In this document: positions 8,711 through 16,645 of the stretch, piece by piece
Numbering within the stretch: position 1 is the stretch's first letter
Layout: each line of letters opens with the position of its first letter
Source of the DNA: a virus
Taxonomy: Duplodnaviria > Caudoviricetes
IMG/VR virus record: IMGVR_UViG_3300021197_000369
Location: 1-58,810 of that record
DNA length: 58,810 nt
Direction: 5' to 3' (one strand)
Notes under the pieces: model-generated
The model's database searches: none
Told to the model about the DNA's origin: nothing
Seen by the model: the letters and a program-made list of their open reading frames with translations, nothing else
Translations under genes and position numbers: made by a program

Positions 8711-9099
8711 GCTAAGTCTCCGTGAATTGTATTATTCAAGTTATCATAGTCAAGTTGAGCATCACCGGTGTCATGTTCCGCCAATGCGTTTGCTGTGTTT
8801 ATTCTATAATGAGCTGTAGTCTGTAAAGAATTATTTCCTAGGTGTGAAAACAAATAACTACCATTCAAAGAACAACTAGAAGTGATTGAGTATCTCACAG
8901 AACCCATATTATTTGTGAGTACTGAATCTGTCCTTCCGGCACCATCATCCGTTAATGAAGACGTATTAAAACTTCCTTGTATGGTATGAGTGTTGCTACT
9001 TATAGTAGCATTTAACCATTGTTTCGCTGCATGCTGCTTAGTCAGCGTAGCCGCACCGCCACTCGTGCTTTGTATAGTATCTGCTTTTAACGTACTCAT
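8707..9099 (-). CDS. GDLA-family tail protein 1
   Basis: MSTLKADTI...AAKQW...SFNTSSLTDDGAG...HGDLA*. Confidence 0.7.
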   Translation of the reverse strand: MSTLKADTIQSTSGGAATLTKQHAAKQWLNATISSNTHTIQGSFNTSSLTDDGAGRTDSVLTNNMGSVRYSITSSCSLNGSYLFSHLGNNSLQTTAHYRINTANALAEHDTGDAQLDYDNLNNTIHGDLA

Positions 9100-9584
9100 A
9101 GTATCACCAATGTTCCACCCGTAGCTACTGTGACTGTTACACCGTTTGCTATTGTTATTGGCCCTGTCGCAGAAGCATTTTCTGTAGCAGCAATCGTGAC
9201 ATTACTTGATATGGTCTGGTCATTAGTTTGAAACACGTCTGTTTTAGTTTTGTTGGAACCTGACGTAAATAATGCACCAGAGACAGTAGCTGCTGTATCG
9301 TTGGCTTCAAAACGAATAGCACGTTCAGAAAATCCACGGTACACGACATACACATTGCCTGTTCCAGAACCCGGAGCCGAACTAAAGGTTAGAGTTGTTC
9401 CGGTAGCTGTGTATGCGTTGCCGGAACCCGGTTTTTGTTGGACGTTGCTTACAAATACTTCTAGCTCTTCTGATAAATTTACAGCACGATTTAGTGTAAA
9501 CGCGGTTGTAGAACCGTCGCCGTCAAAAGATTGACTGGTCGGGGTTGCTATGGATTTTGCTGGATTGCCGCCTAGATATGACAT
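9096..9584 (-). CDS. Tail fibre proximal/adaptor protein
   Basis: N-term FDGDGSTTAFTL...QKPG..YTATGTTLTFSSAP is paralogous to 4532-5632; C-term ATGPITIANGVTVTV. Confidence 0.65.
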   Translation of the reverse strand: MSYLGGNPAKSIATPTSQSFDGDGSTTAFTLNRAVNLSEELEVFVSNVQQKPGSGNAYTATGTTLTFSSAPGSGTGNVYVVYRGFSERAIRFEANDTAATVSGALFTSGSNKTKTDVFQTNDQTISSNVTIAATENASATGPITIANGVTVTVATGGTLVIL

Positions 9585-9913
9585 TAGGTGATCTCCAGTA
9601 CCGACACCGTTACATCTGCGGCTGAAGCCTGACTTGCAGTGATTCGTAGAATATCACTTGCGTTCATAACAATTTTTTGGTCTCCGCCCACTGCAACTAA
9701 AGACGAGCCAACAGGAACAACGGCAGATTTTACAATGTGCACATTATCACCGTCGTTGTTAATTAGCTGTACGTTGACTGTAATGGTAGCGGTAAGAATA
9801 TTTGCGATATTCAGACCAATAATGGTTGTTTCTGTAGCTGACGGACAAGTATAAACGTCTGCGTTTGCCGTGCCTACCGCTGTGTCTGTAAATGTTTTAA
9901 AAGCGTTTGCCAT
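9584..9913 (-). CDS. Virion structural protein
   Basis: MANAFK...VYTCPS...SVLEIT, beta-rich, coupled within the tail operon. Confidence 0.6.
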   Translation of the reverse strand: MANAFKTFTDTAVGTANADVYTCPSATETTIIGLNIANILTATITVNVQLINNDGDNVHIVKSAVVPVGSSLVAVGGDQKIVMNASDILRITASQASAADVTVSVLEIT

Positions 9914-9917
9914 GTTG

Positions 9918-10298
9918 TCATCCTAATGCAATTGCAAACGCCAAGGCGTTTGGATCCTGTTCTGTAAAACCTTGTATGCTTCCGCTAGCATCTAAGAAAA
10001 CCATTTTTTCTGCTGGTAAAGTACAAAAGACTGTACGAGTTCCTGAAGTCCAATTCACCGCAGCATCTGAATTAGTGGACTGCAAGATTGTTGTACGAGC
10101 TAATGTGGTGCCAGAGGCTGTGTAAGTTCCAATGCCTGTCTCAAAGTCCGTGCCGTCGGTGCATGTGTAATATGTAGTATTACTATTGCCTATCTGACCA
10201 AAAGTTTCAAAACCAGTGACTGCACCAGCTAAAGTATATGTGCCAGTGCCTGTTGTGGTTGTTGTTTCTTTAACACGATCTTTGAGCACTAGTGCCAT
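9918..10298 (-). CDS. Virion structural/tail protein
   Basis: MALVLKDRVKETTTTTGTG...ETGIGTY...AFAIALG, a recurring phage tail protein pattern. Confidence 0.65.
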   Translation of the reverse strand: MALVLKDRVKETTTTTGTGTYTLAGAVTGFETFGQIGNSNTTYYTCTDGTDFETGIGTYTASGTTLARTTILQSTNSDAAVNWTSGTRTVFCTLPAEKMVFLDASGSIQGFTEQDPNALAFAIALG

Positions 10299-10726
10299 TA
10301 CTTTAGCTCAATAGTCAGGTTGTTTGTGTTTATCCGAAAGATGTCACCAGTGGCTATCGTTTTACTAGCGTCTAAGGCCCCGATAAATAGTATGTTACCG
10401 GAACTAGCTGCGTCCACAAGAAAGGCATGCGTGATAGTGTTTGACGTGCCTGTAGATGCAGGAAACTCTATGTTTCCTGAATTCTTAACAGTTTGTGTGT
10501 CATCAGAAGCTGAAGTCAAAGTCCAGTTTGATGCCGTAACTTGCTGTCTAGCGTAATTTCCAAAGGTAGCTTCTGTTAAGGAACCAGCCTCTGCATCACT
10601 TACCGCCGTTGCTAATCCAACATAAATGCTATCACCGGGAGTCGAAAGACTTCCGGCATTGTTTTTGAAGAGAAAGCTAAGAAGCTTGTTCTCCAAATAG
10701 GTGGTTGCTGCGTTTGATGTTGCCAT
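10298..10726 (-). CDS. Tail structural protein
   Basis: YLENKLL...YVGLAT...YARQ...IEFP...DAASSGNIL pattern. Confidence 0.65.
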   Translation of the reverse strand: MATSNAATTYLENKLLSFLFKNNAGSLSTPGDSIYVGLATAVSDAEAGSLTEATFGNYARQQVTASNWTLTSASDDTQTVKNSGNIEFPASTGTSNTITHAFLVDAASSGNILFIGALDASKTIATGDIFRINTNNLTIELK

Positions 10727-10741
10727 CTTCTTTTACTCCTA

Positions 10742-11389
10742 TTAAGTGCGTGGCCTATCAGGTAGACCTCTCCTGTAGGCATCACTATTCTCTCTAGCTT
10801 CTGCCAAATCTTTTAGACGCTGTATTTCCTGTGCAAACCGTTGTTCATACAGTTGCATCATATCTCCTTCGCCCTTCATGTAAGTATACGCCTCGACCAA
10901 TGAACCGTAAAGAAGGACATTTGGAGCGTTAGTACTTAACCAAGTTGTACCGCTGTCCACGCCTGCCGTCAAACTTGTTGGACGATAGTAGTAATGCAGT
11001 TCTGTTGTGTAAGCTACATCTGGTGTAGGGCTAACTATGAAGTTGTTTACATCGAAAATACCGTAGTATTTTGGAGTTCCGTTAGCATTTTTATCTATCG
11101 CATACTGTTGAACAAAGTTAACATCTTTGAAATCTAAAAACGATTTACTGCCTGTGGTTGTTATCTGTAAAGAAAAAGAGGCAAGGTAATCACTAGGCAC
11201 TGACAAATACTCGCTGCCAATTGTTAAGTTTGCGTTTGCGTTTTTGCGAAATAATTCCAGATCAACAAGTGTGAACACTCGATCTTCTGCACTGCGTATG
11301 AACACAGGCAGGTTTGTCACGAAAGTTGTTTCCGTGTTTTCCGCAAAATCCTGAATAGCTGTTTTTAGCTCTGCATATGTAAAAGACAT
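10742..11389 (-). CDS. Putative head-tail adaptor
   Basis: MSFTYAELKTAIQD...GTPKYY...PTPD...TWLSTNAPNVLLYGSLVEA; position in the morphogenesis operon. Confidence 0.6.
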   Translation of the reverse strand: MSFTYAELKTAIQDFAENTETTFVTNLPVFIRSAEDRVFTLVDLELFRKNANANLTIGSEYLSVPSDYLASFSLQITTTGSKSFLDFKDVNFVQQYAIDKNANGTPKYYGIFDVNNFIVSPTPDVAYTTELHYYYRPTSLTAGVDSGTTWLSTNAPNVLLYGSLVEAYTYMKGEGDMMQLYEQRFAQEIQRLKDLAEARENSDAYRRGLPDRPRT

Positions 11390-11399
11390 TTTATGTTCA

Positions 11400-12053
11400 C
11401 TATACTATTGTTATGTTTCCAACCATGCCGCTATGAGTGGTGCATTGATATACCAAAGACGTATCACTAGGCTCATGCGGAACAATAAATTGAGTTAACC
11501 CCTGAGTGCTATTGAAATTATCTGTAACACCTGTTGTAAAAGCCGAGCCGCCAGAAGAAGTTCTTATCTGTAGCGGGTGACCGCTAACATATGAAGAGTT
11601 ATCTATCAGGTAAGTGTGACCTTTGTAAAAGCTAAAATTGGGGTTGTTTCCAGCAGTAGCCCCCGGTCCAGAAAACTGATAAGCAGATCCGGTAGCCGCT
11701 GTAGTTGTATACTTGGTCACTGGACCAGAGGTTTCATCATTTAATTTAATCCAGTTACCCCCATGAGCAAAATAAAGACCGCCCGTTGCATGAACATGCG
11801 CTACAGCCCCATGATATGTGGATGCACTTGGTAAATCACTAAGAGCGGCATAATAGAATACAATTTTATTAGCACCGGAACTAACATCCAAAAGACCATT
11901 TGCATCTATGATATCAGTTAAGACATCAGAACTATTTCCTAACGCTGCATAAATTTCGTTAAAGTTGTCGTTTATTTTGTCCGCACCAGCACGAAGACTA
12001 TCTCCAGTGCCGTCGTTCGCGGTTGTTCCAATTCCTACTGCCTGCTTTGCCAT
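11400..12053 (-). CDS. Virion appendage protein with a cupredoxin-like C-terminal domain
   Basis: N-term MAKQ..GIGTTANDGTGDSLR...KINDNFNEIY resembles the T4 gp9/gp10 N-terminus; C-term GHPL...YQCTTHSGM. Confidence 0.6.
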   Translation of the reverse strand: MAKQAVGIGTTANDGTGDSLRAGADKINDNFNEIYAALGNSSDVLTDIIDANGLLDVSSGANKIVFYYAALSDLPSASTYHGAVAHVHATGGLYFAHGGNWIKLNDETSGPVTKYTTTAATGSAYQFSGPGATAGNNPNFSFYKGHTYLIDNSSYVSGHPLQIRTSSGGSAFTTGVTDNFNSTQGLTQFIVPHEPSDTSLVYQCTTHSGMVGNITIV

Positions 12054-12626
12054 TTAACCCTCGTCGAAAGTCTTACTTGTTGAGTCGAGTGTAACATTTG
12101 TTGCATCAAAGGTCGATGTGGTTGAAGTTGCTACACCCGGAGCAACTGTTGCATTGGTGCCACCACCTCTCGTGTTTCCTACCGACGCTGTGTCCCCAGT
12201 GATAGTAATAGTGTAAGAATCACTATCTACAACAGTAATTTGATATCCTACCGACTTTTGAAGAGCAGTGGTTGAAAACCCATCAAATGCATTTGTTTTA
12301 CGAAGTATAACAACATCTGATGTGCTGCGGTTATGAGAGGGTTCAAATACAGTAATTGTTGCGGATCCAGAGGAGCCAGATTGAAAAGGATTACTTATTA
12401 AAAGTTTTTGACCTTCTGTCTCAGTCCGTTGATCTGGTCTTGGCTGATATAAAGCTTGCGGGTCAGAACCCGGGCGAATAGGTTCCAACTGAGGATGCTT
12501 TATTTCATATTCATCAGGTCCTACTTTTAAACCGTTCCACTCAGTAATCATTTCGGACAAACGGTATCTAAAACCCGATCTGTCCGAGTAGCCCCAAGCT
12601 TTTTTACCTGAAGCATATCGTGCCAT
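12054..12626 (-). CDS. Virion structural protein
   Basis: DRSGFRY...EWNG...E.KHPQL N-term; C-term TFDAT..TLDST.KTFDEG. Confidence 0.55.
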   Translation of the reverse strand: MARYASGKKAWGYSDRSGFRYRLSEMITEWNGLKVGPDEYEIKHPQLEPIRPGSDPQALYQPRPDQRTETEGQKLLISNPFQSGSSGSATITVFEPSHNRSTSDVVILRKTNAFDGFSTTALQKSVGYQITVVDSDSYTITITGDTASVGNTRGGGTNATVAPGVATSTTSTFDATNVTLDSTSKTFDEG

Positions 12627-13294
12627 TAGTTAACCCTCAGATACTGCATACTAGGTTGAATCTTGAGTGGCACACGATCTTCGTCTTCTGCCGCTGCACG
12701 TTGAAACTCTTCTTCATAAATAGACTTCAACAATTGCACACGATCTGGCGCTTTCTTTACAGACAGGTAATAGGCTAAACCAGCTACCATACAAGGTAAA
12801 AACCTGAAAGGTGCATCTCCTGTATTTACCAGTGTATCAACATCTTCAATACGCTTTACATAATAATACACTAAAGTATCGGTAGAGTTTTCTGGTGTTG
12901 CCCACAGTGTAATCTGAGGAGCTATTTGACGATCATAGTAGTACTGACTAGGACGGCCCTGTGTTGTTTTATTAGGTAAGGATAAGTACTCTGATCTAGA
13001 CATACGAGTCAGTTCAGTATCCACGTCGCTACGACGCAGAACAACTTCAAGTAAATCTGTAAAATTAGAGTTTAATGTGTATGTTGCAGTGCCTTGTGTC
13101 AAAGCTTGAGTAGATTGCTTGACAGTCCACAAGTTTAAACCACGGTTAGCCCAGTCAGCAAACATCAAGTTCATTGATCTACGCGCTGATTTAGCGTCGT
13201 AAGCGGTGCGAACCTCAAGGCCACATCGCTCATACGCTTCTTCGATAATCTCAGCTACGTCGAGATCAAAGTCTGTAGATCCTGAAGTTGCCAT
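12626..13294 (-). CDS. Putative head-tail connector/tail tubular protein
   Basis: IIEEAYERCG...WANRGLNLW...GRPSQY...GLAYY pattern; located between head and tail genes. Confidence 0.65.
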   Translation of the reverse strand: MATSGSTDFDLDVAEIIEEAYERCGLEVRTAYDAKSARRSMNLMFADWANRGLNLWTVKQSTQALTQGTATYTLNSNFTDLLEVVLRRSDVDTELTRMSRSEYLSLPNKTTQGRPSQYYYDRQIAPQITLWATPENSTDTLVYYYVKRIEDVDTLVNTGDAPFRFLPCMVAGLAYYLSVKKAPDRVQLLKSIYEEEFQRAAAEDEDRVPLKIQPSMQYLRVN

Positions 13295-13522
13295 TTATTT
13301 CTTCACTGCCTTACCTTTTTTAGCCATGACGGGTCTTTTCATTGCACCGCCACCCATCATCTTTTTAGCAATGACTTTGTTGGCTCCACCGCCACGCATA
13401 CGTTTTGGAGCTTTCATTGCACCGCCACCCATTTTTTTAGTTGTGGTTTTTTTAGTTAAACCAAAACCCATCTTTTCTGCTAACTCTTTAAGTGCAGCCA
13501 TTTGTTTTTTTGTATCAGCCAT
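13295..13522 (-). CDS. Small very basic protein
   Basis: K/M/G-rich with three (M/R)GGGA repeats. Confidence 0.7.
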   Translation of the reverse strand: MADTKKQMAALKELAEKMGFGLTKKTTTKKMGGGAMKAPKRMRGGGANKVIAKKMMGGGAMKRPVMAKKGKAVKK

Positions 13523-13979
13523 TTTGAAATCTCCTATACCTACGGTCTAAAATTAAATTCACATAGTCTTCTTTACTATAGTTTTCATAATACCCAGTCT
13601 TCTCAAGTATCTTACTAGCATCATCAAGTTCTGACAATCTTTGTATAAACACCATAGTAAAGTCAGTCTGAAAGGATAAGAGCCACAAGTCTAGTTTATT
13701 ACAGGCAAACCATTCATTCATAGCTATACAAGCAGCTTCTACTTCTTCGTATGTTTGACTGGGTTCCTCTTCCAAACAGATTATAACAGAATGTTTGTTA
13801 CTAAAATTCTTACACTGTACCGCCACAGTCTCCCATAAATCCTGCCTGCTAATACACTCAACAACTCTTAGCCTGTCATCCCTCAAAGCTTTCTTTGCAA
13901 AAGGACAAGGCGCGTACCCTAAGTCCGAGTCTACCACACTTAAATCGTTGTAAACCCACTCCTCTATGAGTTTACGCAA
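13515..13979 (-). CDS. Hypothetical protein (DUF1415-like CPFA motif)
   Basis: IEEWV...PCPFAKKA...FIQRLSELD...GYY. Confidence 0.5.
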   Translation of the reverse strand: MRKLIEEWVYNDLSVVDSDLGYAPCPFAKKALRDDRLRVVECISRQDLWETVAVQCKNFSNKHSVIICLEEEPSQTYEEVEAACIAMNEWFACNKLDLWLLSFQTDFTMVFIQRLSELDDASKILEKTGYYENYSKEDYVNLILDRRYRRFQNG

Positions 13980-13980
13980 C

Positions 13981-14157
13981 TTATTTTCCTCTTGTTGGCA
14001 TATTCATTGCGCCAGCCTCTAACTTGCGAGGAGCACACATAAACTTACCTTTCTTTGCTTTTACAATCTTGTCGCCCTTTTTTTTCAAAATACCACGCTC
14101 TACAAGCAAATCTTTTTGTGTGTAAACACCGTCCCCGGTAACATCTTTGCGGCTCAT
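13981..14157 (-). CDS. Small basic protein with a Ca-binding-loop-like motif (58 aa)
   Basis: Hand-translated: MSRKDVTGDGVYTQKDLLVERGILKKKGDKIVKAKKGKFMCAPRKLEAGAMNMPTRGK; ATGA overlap with the upstream stop. Confidence 0.7.
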   Translation of the reverse strand: MSRKDVTGDGVYTQKDLLVERGILKKKGDKIVKAKKGKFMCAPRKLEAGAMNMPTRGK

Positions 14158-14432
14158 TTTTTCTTCCTTCTTACTGCTTTAACACGTCTTGGCTTACCCG
14201 CTGGCTGACCTAAACGTTTCTTCTGCGATATTCTACTACGTTTTTCAGCGGCTGTCATTTCGCTCCCTGTTTTGGGAGTTTTAGAACTAATGCGTTTGGA
14301 GGGGCGGCAATATGGAGTACCCCGTTTTTCACCCTTGCGACGCCCACACGGTTTACCCGTTCTCTGGTCCGTCCACTTTTCCTTGAACCATCTTTTAAGC
14401 GCCAAGCCACTCTTTGTTTTCCTTACCGCCAT
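14154..14432 (-). CDS. Small basic protein
   Basis: LKRWFKEKW...CGR...PYCRP; very K/R-rich. Confidence 0.75.
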   Translation of the reverse strand: MAVRKTKSGLALKRWFKEKWTDQRTGKPCGRRKGEKRGTPYCRPSKRISSKTPKTGSEMTAAEKRSRISQKKRLGQPAGKPRRVKAVRRKKK

Positions 14433-14445
14433 GCTTTTTCCAAAC

Positions 14446-14925
14446 TTACAAAATCACCGTAAATAACAAAACAAACAAGCCAAAAGTCACAAGTATAACA
14501 GCACCGATCAAAACAACTTGCTGCATGACTTCTTCAAATTCTTTTGCCTCTTGCAGCTTTTTACGGCGTTCAACAGCAGCCTGTTCCTTTGCCTGTTGTA
14601 TACGTCTTGCTCTTTCATCTACAATACTTTGCCAAGTGCCCGGACCAAATCGTAAATCAACAAGTGTACGCATCTCCTGAACTTTTTCTTGAGCTAGTCT
14701 AGCGTCTATTATTTCTTGAGCAACAGTCTTTATACCAAACTGATCCCCAAGACTAACTCCAGATTTTTTTGTACGTTGCTCCTGTACCTGCTTTTCACCT
14801 GTCAATAGATTGTCTATCTGACCTGCTATTGCACCTAGGTCCTTGGCTGTATTTACATTCTCCTTTATGAACTTAACAGACTGCTGGACTAAAGCGATCC
14901 CCGTCAGCACCTCTGCCACAACCAT
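14446..14925 (-). CDS. Coiled-coil protein with C-terminal transmembrane helix
   Basis: Charged helical core; hydrophobic C-term VVLIGAVILVTFGLFVLLFTVIL; GGGAG RBS. Confidence 0.65.
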   Translation of the reverse strand: MVVAEVLTGIALVQQSVKFIKENVNTAKDLGAIAGQIDNLLTGEKQVQEQRTKKSGVSLGDQFGIKTVAQEIIDARLAQEKVQEMRTLVDLRFGPGTWQSIVDERARRIQQAKEQAAVERRKKLQEAKEFEEVMQQVVLIGAVILVTFGLFVLLFTVIL

Positions 14926-14966
14926 TTTTTTCTCCCTATCGTGGCTTTAACCTTATACAGCCACTG

Positions 14967-15146
14967 TCAATATATTGTCGTAGTTTTGTATTTATATGTT
15001 CCGCCTTTGGCTTTTTTATTTTTTCCGCCTGTGCCGTAGTTTGCGGCTCCGACTTTTCTACACTTTGCAATTGCACCGCTTGCGTACGCCGACGGGAAAA
15101 CTTTATAGCGTCGTTTAACCTTGTGATAGCATGCATCTTTAGGCAT
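14967..15146 (-). CDS. Small basic protein (59 aa)
   Basis: Hand-translated after AAGGA: MPKDACYHKVKRRYKVFPSAYASGAIAKCRKVGAANYGTGGKNKKAKGGTYKYKTTTIY. Confidence 0.75.
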   Translation of the reverse strand: MPKDACYHKVKRRYKVFPSAYASGAIAKCRKVGAANYGTGGKNKKAKGGTYKYKTTTIY

Positions 15147-15312
15147 TCCTTTGTTTCCTTCTTGGGCGTTTAGTTACTTTTCTATTGTTACTTTGAACGA
15201 TCCCGCATCCTCTAGCTATGTTGGGGTTGTTGGTCGGCCTCTTCCTAGCGAACTTGCGTTTCTGCGGTGGTTTGGATATTTGGTTTGCGATTGACCCACG
15301 CGAGATTGCCAT
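15139..15312 (-). CDS. Small basic protein (57 aa)
   Basis: Hand-translated: MAISRGSIANQISKPPQKRKFARKRPTNNPNIARGCGIVQSNNRKVTKRPRRKQRNA; AAGGA just upstream. Confidence 0.65.
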   Translation of the reverse strand: MAISRGSIANQISKPPQKRKFARKRPTNNPNIARGCGIVQSNNRKVTKRPRRKQRNA

Positions 15313-15484
15313 TCCTTTTCTCCATAAAATCTCCCCACAACACAGACAGTATCTTGTGGTTTTCTTCTACCTTAACAGCAATAACCGCTGTTTCCGTTTT
15401 TAGCTCAACAACAGTCAAAGCTATCCAACCCAAGAAAGCTAATGCTGCGCCACCAATAAGACTGTTGATGTTTAACATTTCCAT
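15245..15484 (-). CDS. Small membrane protein
   Basis: N-terminal hydrophobic helix followed by a coiled coil. Confidence 0.5.
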   Translation of the reverse strand: MEMLNINSLIGGAALAFLGWIALTVVELKTETAVIAVKVEENHKILSVLWGDFMEKRNGNLAWVNRKPNIQTTAETQVR

Positions 15485-15756
15485 CTCCGTCTTGCTTGTC
15501 TAAGCCTGCTATTAGGATTTTTTGCAGCTTTTGGGAACTTTTTCATCTGCCCAGCACTTCTAGCACAAAACGACTTACGTCTTTTTGCACTTTTACTGCC
15601 GGGTTTTACTTTACCCGTAACAGCCGTTTTCAACTTAGACCCGGGATTTGCACGTCTATATGCTTTTACCCCTGCCTCAGTCATTCCCGCCCCAGACTTT
15701 GTGGGGCGGAAATTCTTTTTGTTACGCTTTGGCATCTTAGATGGCCTTCTAGCCAT
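15472..15756 (-). CDS. Small basic protein
   Basis: GAGMT..G..AYRRANPGSKL...RRKSFCARS...NSRLRQARRRWKC, a recurring phage family pattern. Confidence 0.8.
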   Translation of the reverse strand: MARRPSKMPKRNKKNFRPTKSGAGMTEAGVKAYRRANPGSKLKTAVTGKVKPGSKSAKRRKSFCARSAGQMKKFPKAAKNPNSRLRQARRRWKC

Positions 15757-16028
15757 TAGCCAAAGAACCCTGTAAGCGAGTCAACATTTGTAAGCGTTAC
15801 ATGACACTCATCATCAAAGACCATGCCGTGATCAGGTATGGTAATTTGGTTATCATCAGATGTATGAAACACCATTGACAACTGTGTTGCCCCACCACTG
15901 CCGTTTTTAAACACCACCGCAGGTGACCCACTTCCAGCCGTCTTTACATAGAAAGCTTTTAGTCGAGTTCTTCCGCCCAACAATGTGCCAGTAGCTGTAA
16001 CTGTTTTTGCCGTAATAGAAGCAGCCAT
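15756..16028 (-). CDS. Putative minor virion protein
   Basis: Small beta-rich protein with AGGAG RBS, downstream of the capsid gene. Confidence 0.6.
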   Translation of the reverse strand: MAASITAKTVTATGTLLGGRTRLKAFYVKTAGSGSPAVVFKNGSGGATQLSMVFHTSDDNQITIPDHGMVFDDECHVTLTNVDSLTGFFG

Positions 16029-16040
16029 GTCAGACTCCTA

Positions 16041-16529
16041 TTATGCTGTTGGTGAATCAGATGAAATACCAAAGAATTTCAATGACAACTGACCACCAGC
16101 ACCTGCTGTGCCTGAAATAGTTACTTCAACCTCATCGGCGGTTTCCGTGGCTACTTGACCAGCAGCAAATCCAGACATACCCAACACACCATTACAACCA
16201 AAGAAACCTTTAAAACCTGCTGCATTGATCGCTGTTGTAGGAAGTCCGTCAACAAAACCATCTGGGTCTGCGTCTGTGCCAATATCAACAAGATTCACGT
16301 TATTAGCAGCAGCCGTTACAACCGTAACCGCTACGCCCATAGGTATAAAGTTTGAAGGTATAGCGATGGATGCTTCTTTATGAGCCGTACCTGAAGCAGC
16401 AATATCAATTGTTGCTGTGTAGGTTGACAGAGCCATCTCGTTAGTCAAAGCACCTGTGGTGCTGTTCTTGATAATGTTTTTAAAACCGTTTTCGGAACGG
16501 ACGGGACCGCTGAAAGTAGTATTAGCCAT
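16041..16529 (-). CDS. Putative head decoration/minor capsid protein
   Basis: MANTTFSGPVRSENGF N-term; directly follows the MCP. Confidence 0.6.
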   Translation of the reverse strand: MANTTFSGPVRSENGFKNIIKNSTTGALTNEMALSTYTATIDIAASGTAHKEASIAIPSNFIPMGVAVTVVTAAANNVNLVDIGTDADPDGFVDGLPTTAINAAGFKGFFGCNGVLGMSGFAAGQVATETADEVEVTISGTAGAGGQLSLKFFGISSDSPTA

Positions 16530-16534
16530 TTAGA

Positions 16535-16580
16535 TCTCCTGTCTTGGCTAGTGTCAGCCGCCCCATGCGACTGTCAGGAA
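16535..16580 (-). ncRNA. Structured RNA element downstream of the MCP (possibly Mu-gpT-DE-like)
   Basis: Minus strand TCCTG-A-CAGTCGC-ATGGG-GCGGCTG-ACACTAGCCAAGA-CAGGAG: inner stem plus TCCTG/CAGGA pairing over the SD. Confidence 0.45.
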
Positions 16581-16594
16581 TGCTGTATTATACA

Positions 16595-16626
16595 TAAAAA
16601 AAGGGCGACTGAATAGCCGCCCTTTG
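16595..16626 (-). terminator. Rho-independent terminator after the MCP
   Basis: AAAGGGCGGCT-ATTC-AGTCGCCCTTT followed by a T run; TATAAT immediately downstream (16587-16592). Confidence 0.8.
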
Positions 16627-16645
16627 ATTTTTATTATGCCCAATC

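Noticed and set aside
5632-9099. Diversity-generating retroelement or shufflon as the source of tail variation
   Set aside because: No reverse transcriptase, no TR/VR pair with adenine-specific mismatches, no recombinase, and all genes are co-oriented.
14936-15136. 66-aa minus ORF from the track
   Set aside because: Alternative frame of 14967-15146, which has an RBS and a recognisable protein pattern.
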